Of a stretch of 61,892 nucleotides of DNA, positions 1 to 7,259 are shown piece by piece. A program made the translations under genes and the position numbers. The notes beneath the pieces were generated by a model. That model was not told where the DNA came from and did not search any database. It worked only from the letters and a program-made list of their open reading frames with translations. This DNA comes from Novosphingobium sp. GTDB lineage: Bacteria > Pseudomonadota > Alphaproteobacteria > Sphingomonadales > Sphingomonadaceae. The stretch covers positions 1 to 61,892 of the forward strand of contig JACDQK010000078.1 of the NCBI GenBank assembly GCA_015657645.1. The letters run 5' to 3'. Numbering within the stretch: the stretch's first letter is position 1; every line of letters begins with the position of its first letter.

Positions 1-1
1 C

Positions 2-181
2 GCGCGCGGCGTGGGCGTGCCGCCTTTGGCCAGGATCCGGGCGATGCTCGCGGCCAAGGCCAGCGCCAAGCCGACGGGCGAACTGGCCGCGCTGAGCGGT
101 GCCGGGCCGGCTGACTGGAACGGCGTGCCCCCGGCCGTGCAACGGCGCCGGCAGGCCTTGAAGGCGATGAAACCACAATGA
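2..181 (+). CDS. 3' end of an upstream polysaccharide-locus gene (partial, product unknown)
   Basis: Open frame from the window edge (ARGVGVPPLARIRAML...KAMKPQ*). Its TGA overlaps the ATG of the next gene (ATGA at 178-181). Confidence 0.55.
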   Translation, partial: ARGVGVPPLARIRAMLAAKASAKPTGELAALSGAGPADWNGVPPAVQRRRQALKAMKPQ

Positions 182-1431
182 CGGGTTTGGGGCGAGCGCC
201 AATTCTGCTGTTTCATCCGGGCAAGCAACATAGCCCGCAAACAGCGCTAGCTTTGCAGCGTCTGGGCCGCTTGAAAACCTACGCAACATCCATTTTCTAT
301 GATCGTGACCGATTCCCTTACTGGTTAGATCGCATTCCCGGCCACCTTGGGCGGCGACTGCATGCAGAGTTTAGCCGCTTCGCCCACCCTGAGATTGATC
401 CCGCATTGGTGAAAACTTGGGGTATGGCTGAGTGGCTTGAAAGAATTGCTCTAAGACTAGGTGCAATTCACTTATCATATCAGCTCGACAGACTCGGCAA
501 TCGCCTTTTCGCGAAGGGCTTGGTAGAAGAAATATCCTCGGATCAAGAGTTCGCTCTTTGGGGCTATAATGGGTCCTCTGTTGAAGCGTTTCGCATTGCG
601 AAAACCGCTAACCGAGTTTGTATTCTGGATCGAACGATTGGGGACTACAGATACTTCAATGAGGTGATGGCTCAACAGCAGGAATTGTATCCTAGGTATT
701 TTGAGCGTGACGAAAGATTCGTCCCTGAGGACAGGATCGAAATCGACGACCAGGAATACTCAATGGCAGATCATATTGTCGTTGGGTCTGATTACTGCAA
801 GAATACGATCGTAAAATACTCCGGAATTGAAGGCGTCGAAAACAAAATATCGGTATTGCCATATTGCGTTAACAACCATGATTTTATCTCTAGAGCAGAT
901 GGCCAGAGATCGACGCCGCAAGGGCCAATCAAATTCATCTTCGTGGGCCGAATAACCCCGAGAAAGGGGATCCACATATTGCTGGAAGCGTTCTCGAAGT
1001 TGCCTCCGGGGGCTGCTACTTTGACACTGCTGGGCAAAATGCTCATTCCGACCGACGCTTTTGCTCCTTATGCGGATAGGGTCGAGCATATCCCTTCTGT
1101 CGCGCCTGCGATGGTTGCTGAGGTCATGGCCAGGCATCACGTCCTGGTCTTGCCGAGCTTTTTTGAGGGTTCGGCCATTACGTTGCTTGAAGCTCTATCT
1201 TGCGGGCTCGGCATTATCCAATCTCCACAAGCGGGTAATGGGGCTAATCAGGACACTGGCATGGTCCTTAAGCAGAACACCGTCGAAGAGCTCTATGATG
1301 CTTTGCTGTACGCTGTGGACAATCGGGATCTCGTTGGTCGATGGATGAGTGCGGCAATAAGCGATGAAGATCGCTACTGCTTTGAGGGGTATCAGTCACG
1401 GGTCTCAAAGTTCATCGATAAAATTGAATAA
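178..1431 (+). CDS. Glycosyltransferase family 4 (GT-B fold)
   Basis: FIFVGRITPRKG and LPSFFEGSAITLLEALSCG (ExxxxxxxE) motifs; HPGKQHS N-terminus; AT-richer than the flanks. Confidence 0.9.
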   Translation: MTGLGRAPILLFHPGKQHSPQTALALQRLGRLKTYATSIFYDRDRFPYWLDRIPGHLGRRLHAEFSRFAHPEIDPALVKTWGMAEWLERIALRLGAIHLSYQLDRLGNRLFAKGLVEEISSDQEFALWGYNGSSVEAFRIAKTANRVCILDRTIGDYRYFNEVMAQQQELYPRYFERDERFVPEDRIEIDDQEYSMADHIVVGSDYCKNTIVKYSGIEGVENKISVLPYCVNNHDFISRADGQRSTPQGPIKFIFVGRITPRKGIHILLEAFSKLPPGAATLTLLGKMLIPTDAFAPYADRVEHIPSVAPAMVAEVMARHHVLVLPSFFEGSAITLLEALSCGLGIIQSPQAGNGANQDTGMVLKQNTVEELYDALLYAVDNRDLVGRWMSAAISDEDRYCFEGYQSRVSKFIDKIE

Positions 1432-2273
1432 TGATTGAAGCCCTGTTGATCATAACTGCGATTTTTATTTTGGCGGAATTAATTGTTCGCCGAAAGAAAG
1501 CTGCAGACTATATTGTATATAGTTCGAACCAATTTTTCGGATATTGTCCGAAGCCGATGTCATCTGGCTTGATGCGTGGACGCTATGACTGGTATATTAA
1601 TGAAATCGGTCTCCGCACCCATCATCGTTGTACCGAAATAAAAGGCGCTATTGCCTTGGTTGGCGATAGCATTGTCGAGGGTGGTTCTTATGTAAGGCAG
1701 GGTGAGACTTTGTCTTATCTGATCGAGAAGAAATTAGAACGCATTGTACATCCAATCGCAGCGAGTGGTTGGAGTTTATCCAATGAAATTGAATTCATAA
1801 AACAAAACTCCATGTTTCTTGAAGCTAGGCTTATCATCATAGTCGTGAATTCAGACGACTTGTGTGATGTGAACCCATGGTCAAGTGAATTCACACATCC
1901 TACGAAAACCCCGCTTTTCCGGTTGGTCTATTTGGTTAGAAGATTGGGGTGGCCCTATTTTTACAGGCTGAAGCATCGCACTAAGCCAGAAGCGTCGTCT
2001 GACGCCTGGATGACTCGCGTGCGATGGCTTCAAGAGCATGATGGAGCGCAATTGATCTGGGTGCTTTATCCAAATGCGGATGAATTGGTTGAAGGGGCGC
2101 GGCCTTGTGCAGCACTCTATGATGCTTTGGGCGCAGGGGCGGTGATTGTCGATCTTTCGGACCAAGTCGATTGGCAGCCAGATTGTTATGCAGATCGTCT
2201 GCATCCTAACGCTAAGGGCCGGGGCGTCTTGGCAAGCGTGATTGCGTCAGTGGCCGAGCGCGCAAGTTACTGA
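1431..2273 (+). CDS. Membrane-anchored SGNH/GDSL family esterase or O-acyltransferase
   Basis: N-terminal TM helix, block I VGDSIVEG, block III NSDD, block V DRLHPN. Confidence 0.75.
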   Translation: MIEALLIITAIFILAELIVRRKKAADYIVYSSNQFFGYCPKPMSSGLMRGRYDWYINEIGLRTHHRCTEIKGAIALVGDSIVEGGSYVRQGETLSYLIEKKLERIVHPIAASGWSLSNEIEFIKQNSMFLEARLIIIVVNSDDLCDVNPWSSEFTHPTKTPLFRLVYLVRRLGWPYFYRLKHRTKPEASSDAWMTRVRWLQEHDGAQLIWVLYPNADELVEGARPCAALYDALGAGAVIVDLSDQVDWQPDCYADRLHPNAKGRGVLASVIASVAERASY

Positions 2274-2288
2274 GCATAAAGAGGTATT

Positions 2289-3050
2289 ATGGATTTCTAC
2301 GTCAACACGCTCCGAACGCTGGTCAAAGAGGGCAAGATTGATCCGTCTGCGTCGACACTTGTTGTCGCGGGTGGTCCAAAAGATCGCGATGCTCTCATCT
2401 CCGCTGGATTCAGCAACGTGACCATCTCGAATCTGGATGTCCGGATGCGAGGCGATGAGTTCACGCCCTATGGATGGGCATTTGTTGATGCAGAAAACAT
2501 TCCTTTCGAATCTGATAGCTTCGAGAACGTGATCGAGCACATGGGACTTCACCATTGTGGTTCGCCTCACCGAGCTCTACTCGAGATGTACAGGGTGGCG
2601 AAGTCTTCGGTTGTTGTGTTCGAGAACCGCGAATCTTGGACGATGCGGCAGGCGGTCCGATTCGGAGCCGTGCCATCATTCGAACTCGATGCTGTTCGGG
2701 GTAACGATTATAAATTTGGCGGCTTTAGGAATACCAGCACTCCGAATTTCGTTTACCGCTGGACTGAGAGAGAAGTCGAAAAGACTATACTTTCAGCTGA
2801 TCCAAGTTATCTTAGCAAGATAGATTTCTTTTATAATCTTCGATTCCCGGAAGCGAGAATACAGGCGCTGCAAGGGATAAAGAAGTTGATATTTAAGGCT
2901 ATGCGAATGCCTTTTGCGATTTACGCAACGCTGCTTCCTAAGCAGGCTAATGAGTTTGGATTCTTTATCTCCAAGCGGGATAGGAAACTGCAGAGGTGGA
3001 TCGATGTAGAGACGGGCGGCTTATCTCCTGAGTTTATCGGCCAGGGCTGA
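2289..3050 (+). CDS. Class I SAM-dependent methyltransferase
   Basis: LVVAGG motif I variant; DAENIPFESDSFE; GLHHCGSPHRALLEMYRVAK; RBS GAGG upstream. Confidence 0.8.
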   Translation: MDFYVNTLRTLVKEGKIDPSASTLVVAGGPKDRDALISAGFSNVTISNLDVRMRGDEFTPYGWAFVDAENIPFESDSFENVIEHMGLHHCGSPHRALLEMYRVAKSSVVVFENRESWTMRQAVRFGAVPSFELDAVRGNDYKFGGFRNTSTPNFVYRWTEREVEKTILSADPSYLSKIDFFYNLRFPEARIQALQGIKKLIFKAMRMPFAIYATLLPKQANEFGFFISKRDRKLQRWIDVETGGLSPEFIGQG

Positions 3051-3078
3051 GGCGCTCCCAGAATCCATTTTCCTACAC

Positions 3079-3093
3079 TAACCAATATGGTTA
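3079..3093. promoter_or_regulatory. Palindrome TAACCA-ATA-TGGTTA, candidate regulator site (CtrA-like TAACC half-sites)
   Basis: Perfect 6-bp inverted repeat in the intergenic gap before 3128. Confidence 0.4.
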
Positions 3094-3098
3094 TTTGA

Positions 3099-3125
3099 GG
3101 TACTCCCACTCATTTAGGGAGTACC
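3099..3125 (+). promoter_or_regulatory. RBS-sequestering hairpin GGTACTCCC-9nt-GGGAGTACC
   Basis: Perfect 9-bp stem whose 3' arm contains the SD-like GGGAG and ends 2 nt before ATG 3128. Confidence 0.55.
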
Positions 3126-3127
3126 CG

Positions 3128-3550
3128 ATGCCCATTCCGATCATTTCCCCCAGCGGCTATGCCGCGACCCGTGCGGTGGCCTTTGCCGATGCCGATGGCA
3201 ATGCCGTGCTGGCCAGCGGCAGCTTGCCGCTGCCGGTCACGCTTGGTTCCGATCCGACCGTTCCGCTGGCCGGAACGACTGCCGTCAGCGGCACCTTCGG
3301 CCCTTATCTCCCAGCGCTCGGCCGCGAGGCGATGTTGACCCTGACCGGCACCTGGGCCGGCACGGTCCGCGTCCTGCGCTCAACCGACGGCGGCACGACC
3401 AAGCTGCCGCTGACCATCGCCGGAGCTGCCTGGGCCCAGTTCACCGCCAATTGCTGTGAGCCGATCTGGGAAGAAACCGAAGCGGCCGCCCGGCTGTGGC
3501 TGGAAGTCACCCTGTCGAGCGGTTCGCTGACCTACAGGCTCGCCCAATGA
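3128..3550 (+). CDS. Small beta-rich protein, phage/GTA structural adaptor-like (hypothetical)
   Basis: 140 aa from ATG 3128 with RBS; LTLTGTWAGTVRVLRSTDGGTT beta-sandwich pattern; no signal peptide; ATGA-coupled to the next gene. Confidence 0.7.
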   Translation: MPIPIISPSGYAATRAVAFADADGNAVLASGSLPLPVTLGSDPTVPLAGTTAVSGTFGPYLPALGREAMLTLTGTWAGTVRVLRSTDGGTTKLPLTIAGAAWAQFTANCCEPIWEETEAAARLWLEVTLSSGSLTYRLAQ

Positions 3551-5088
3551 GCGCCGATCTGATCGCGCGCGGGCTGGCCAGCCGTGCTGCCGCTTCCGTC
3601 AGGTCGCCCAACACTCAGGCGCTGATCCAGGCGATCCGCAACTGGGGCGCACTCGCCGCGCCGCGGCACCGGTTGATTTCAACGGACCTGCCGACAGTCA
3701 CGGTCGGGGCAGCCGGCGCTGCCTCAACCATCAATGCCCAGGGGGCAGGTGGGGCGACGGTGCCGCGTTTCGACAGCCGGCTGACCTATGTGGCCGGCCC
3801 GACCCGGCTGGCCGGAACGGCATTTCCGCTCAATGGCTATGCCGTCTCGCGCAATGGCTATTACGGGGCGGTCAATGCCCTGGGCGATCCGTTCTTCGGC
3901 ACGCAGTATCATGCCTTCGAATTCATCCACACCGGCACGCAGTTCGAAGTGCCGGTCACCGGGCACGGGGCCAACTCGGTCTACAACCTGCGGCTGCTGG
4001 TCGATGATGCCGTGGCCGCGACGGTGGTGGTGCCATCGGGCAACGGCAACCTCTATTTCGTGAGGTTCGTGTTCGGCGCCAGCCGGGCGCGGCGGATCCG
4101 GATCGAGACGGCCTCGGTCCCCACCAATGGCATCAACGTGGCCAGCGCAAGCGAAGTCAGCTCGGTTGCCCGGGCCTATCCGCTGGTTACCATCATGGGT
4201 GACAGCTTTGTCGAGGCTGCCGGTGCGGACTTCTCCGCCAATGGCGAGGCGGCGCTCGCCGCGCGTCTGCTGGGCCTGCGCGGTGCGATCGCCGGGGTCG
4301 GCGGGACTGGCCTGATCAGCACCGGCGGCAACAACTCGGCCGGCTTTCCCAAGGTCAACTTCTGCGACGCAGTGCGGATGACCGACCTGACCATGGCCGG
4401 CGTGGTCGATGCCCAGACTGGCGGGGCAGTCAGCCCGGCGCTCGGGGTTGTCATGGCCAGCGTCAATGATGGCGCCGCCAACGGCTTTGCCAGCGTTGCG
4501 GGGGCAACCTCGTTCGAAGATGCCATTACCCGGCAGGTCTTCAAGCTGATCGATGCCTGGGGCAGCGCCAATCCGGGCAAGCCGCTGGTGTTCTTCGGCC
4601 CGACCTGGCCCAATGCCAGCCCGACGCTCGACATCTTCCGCCAGCGCGATGCCGTGCAGCGAGCCGTACAGGGCGCGGGCGGGGTCCGCGCGAACGTCTG
4701 GTTTATCGACCGGCTCGGTCCCTCGGCGATCCTGCGTCATGGCGCGGTCGATACCTTGGCCACCACTGGCACTACCACCAGCGGCAGCGCGACGCTCACC
4801 GCGCTGGCCTCTACCGCCGGGGTTGTGGCCCAGTCTGGTATTTCCGGACCCGGCATCCCCGATGGTGCGGTGGTGCTGACGGTCGTGTCTGCGACCTCGG
4901 TCACGATCAGCCACCCCTGCACCGCCACCGGTACCGCTGTCGCCATTCGGTTCCGCAACAACCAGTCGGCGCTCTACACCTCGCTGGTGGCAGGGGACAC
5001 AACCCACCCGTCGCCCGCCGGGCACGAATACGACGCGCTGTGGATCGCTACCGAACTGCGCCGCCTGATCCTCAACGAATTCGCCTGA
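3547..5088 (+). CDS. SGNH/GDSL hydrolase-domain protein, tail/head-fibre-like
   Basis: Start MSADLIARGLA at ATGA overlap; VTIMGDSF (block I), SVND (III), GDTTHPSPAGH (V); N-terminal beta-sandwich region; no signal peptide. Confidence 0.75.
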   Translation: MSADLIARGLASRAAASVRSPNTQALIQAIRNWGALAAPRHRLISTDLPTVTVGAAGAASTINAQGAGGATVPRFDSRLTYVAGPTRLAGTAFPLNGYAVSRNGYYGAVNALGDPFFGTQYHAFEFIHTGTQFEVPVTGHGANSVYNLRLLVDDAVAATVVVPSGNGNLYFVRFVFGASRARRIRIETASVPTNGINVASASEVSSVARAYPLVTIMGDSFVEAAGADFSANGEAALAARLLGLRGAIAGVGGTGLISTGGNNSAGFPKVNFCDAVRMTDLTMAGVVDAQTGGAVSPALGVVMASVNDGAANGFASVAGATSFEDAITRQVFKLIDAWGSANPGKPLVFFGPTWPNASPTLDIFRQRDAVQRAVQGAGGVRANVWFIDRLGPSAILRHGAVDTLATTGTTTSGSATLTALASTAGVVAQSGISGPGIPDGAVVLTVVSATSVTISHPCTATGTAVAIRFRNNQSALYTSLVAGDTTHPSPAGHEYDALWIATELRRLILNEFA

Positions 5089-5105
5089 CGCGGGAGCCTT
5101 GACCC

Positions 5106-7187
5106 ATGCCTGATTTCCTGTTTGCCGAGTTTTCCGGCCAGAACATCAATTCCAGCACCAAGATCGTGCAGACCAATGGCCGCGATGTGGTTGGGCAGGG
5201 GGCGGGGCTTTATGTTGCCGATGCCCAGGCCAATGCCGCACTGATGGCAGCCCATCCGCGGCTGGTCGCGCGATCGAGCAACAACCGCTACTTCCGCGCC
5301 CTGCCCGACGGCGGCCGGATCCCGGTGGAACTGGCCGGGGCCAAGGCCGACGGCGTGACCGACGATGGCCCGGCGATCCGCGCTGCCGCCAACTATGCCC
5401 GGGCGATCGGCGCCCAGGGCATTCGCCTGGCCCCGGTGCGCTACCGGGTGGAAAAGATTCCGCCCAGCGAGCAGGTATTCAGCACCAATCCGCCGATCCA
5501 GCTGATCTCGACCGATGCGGGAATCGACGATTACGGCGGTGCGCAATTCACGCGCCAATCGGGTGGGCGCGGGCTCGTCCACGATCCGGCGACGCCGGGC
5601 ACGATCATCGAACTGCCGCTGGCCGCCAGCGTCACGGCGGGCAGCCGCGAAGTCCAGCTTCAGGCTGGCCTCGGTGCGCAGCTCATCGTCGGCGATTGGG
5701 TGATGTGGCAGCTCGGCGAGTTCCCATATGATCCGGCCGAGACCCCGAACTGGGACTTCGCCAGGGTCGAGGCGGTGACCGGCGACCTGGTCCGGCTCGA
5801 CAAGCCGGTGCCGCTCACGTTCTCACCCGCCAGCGTTGCCGGTGCCAATAAGCGGCTGCGCAAGCTGCGGATCCTGCGCGATCACGTGATCCGTGATCTG
5901 ACGCTCAGCGGCACCGATGTCGAGGATGGCATTTCGCTTTACGCCGCCCAGCGCGTGACGATCGAGCGGGTTGGCGGGGTCAATGTCGGGGCCGGAACCG
6001 TAGTCGCGCAGTATTGCGATGGCTTGACCATCAACGATTGCTGGCAGGACGGTTGGTGGTCGGGCCAGACCAGCTTCGGTGCGGCCTTCGCCTTTGCCGA
6101 AACGCGCAATTGCCTGCTCAACCGGCCGCGCGCGCGCGGCACGATCTCGCTGATCAAGGCCGAGGCCGGGGCTGAAGTGACCGTGATCGATGGCAACTTC
6201 GAGAACACCGCACTCAACGCGAGCGGCCAATCGCGCGGAACCGATGTAGTGGTAATCAACGTGCTGGGCAGTGCCAGCGTGACGGTTCACGATCTGACCG
6301 TCACCGGCTTTGGTGGCTATCGCCTGATCGAAACCAGCAATGGCCAGGCGGGCTATGAGGGGGTTGCGCTGCTTAGTGGGACGACCCGCCTGGAACATCC
6401 CAGCGCGCCGTTTTCGATTCCGCTCAGCGCCATCACCGGCACGCTCGATCTGACAATCGCTGGTACCCGCGAAATCTACAACTTCGCGCGCCTGCGGCAT
6501 TGGCGGCGGCGGTTTGTCCTGCGTGACGGCGAATATCTCTATGCCTACGGCCCGCCGGGGATTCTCGCCAAGGCCCGGGTCTATGCCTCGTCCGGGCTGA
6601 CAATCGGGGCGAGCAGCCAACTCACCGGGTTTTGGCTCGGGCGGCAAAGTGACAACGGCACCAATCTGGCCGATGGTCCCGCGGCCCAGCTACAGCCTGG
6701 CGTCGATGCCCATGTGCCATGCTTCGCAGGCACGGTAGGCGGCGCAAGCTGGACTTACCGCAACGAGCCGCTGGCGATTCTCTGCACTACCGCCGCGGCG
6801 GCAGGGCTCAACACCGCCAACGAATTCGTCGAGTTTGAAGGGTGGTTCGCCCAGCAGCAGGACCTGGATACCGTGATCTCCGAAGCTGCCATGCGCAGCG
6901 GCGGCGACGGACGCGATCCGCTTGAGGCGCTGTTCCCGGCCTATGATCTGCCGGCGATTGGCGCGGGCGCAACGCTGGCCGTGCTGCTGCCGATCCCGGA
7001 CATGGTGGCGGACGACTTCATTGACGCCGTGCGCATCACCGGCGGGCTTGGCGGGCTGGAACTGCGCGGTGCGGAGGCCCAGGTCGGGGCCGCGCGGCTG
7101 ACCTTTGTCAATCCCACAGCCGCTCCGATCGATCGTGCCGCGGCCGATCTGGCGGTCGCTTTCAGCCGCGCCATCGTGGGAAGATAG
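5106..7187 (+). CDS. Phage tailspike-like right-handed beta-helix protein (pectate_lyase_3-like start; putative polysaccharide depolymerase or adhesin)
   Basis: GAKADGVTDDGPAIRAA motif; beta-helix-like repeats (IRDLTLSG..DGISLY..RVTIERV..); C-terminal YDLPAIGAGAT...NPTAAPID domain resembling tailspike C-termini; RBS GGGAG; no signal peptide. Confidence 0.75.
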   Translation: MPDFLFAEFSGQNINSSTKIVQTNGRDVVGQGAGLYVADAQANAALMAAHPRLVARSSNNRYFRALPDGGRIPVELAGAKADGVTDDGPAIRAAANYARAIGAQGIRLAPVRYRVEKIPPSEQVFSTNPPIQLISTDAGIDDYGGAQFTRQSGGRGLVHDPATPGTIIELPLAASVTAGSREVQLQAGLGAQLIVGDWVMWQLGEFPYDPAETPNWDFARVEAVTGDLVRLDKPVPLTFSPASVAGANKRLRKLRILRDHVIRDLTLSGTDVEDGISLYAAQRVTIERVGGVNVGAGTVVAQYCDGLTINDCWQDGWWSGQTSFGAAFAFAETRNCLLNRPRARGTISLIKAEAGAEVTVIDGNFENTALNASGQSRGTDVVVINVLGSASVTVHDLTVTGFGGYRLIETSNGQAGYEGVALLSGTTRLEHPSAPFSIPLSAITGTLDLTIAGTREIYNFARLRHWRRRFVLRDGEYLYAYGPPGILAKARVYASSGLTIGASSQLTGFWLGRQSDNGTNLADGPAAQLQPGVDAHVPCFAGTVGGASWTYRNEPLAILCTTAAAAGLNTANEFVEFEGWFAQQQDLDTVISEAAMRSGGDGRDPLEALFPAYDLPAIGAGATLAVLLPIPDMVADDFIDAVRITGGLGGLELRGAEAQVGAARLTFVNPTAAPIDRAAADLAVAFSRAIVGR

Positions 7188-7259
7188 TCCGCCGCGCTTG
7201 CCAAGCGGCCCTCGTAGGGTATTTCACCTACAGAGCATCGGGGGCTGCGGCGTAAGCGA

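Noticed and set aside
3128-7187. Intact prophage
   Set aside because: No integrase, terminase, portal, capsid, lysis genes or att-like repeats; host-like composition
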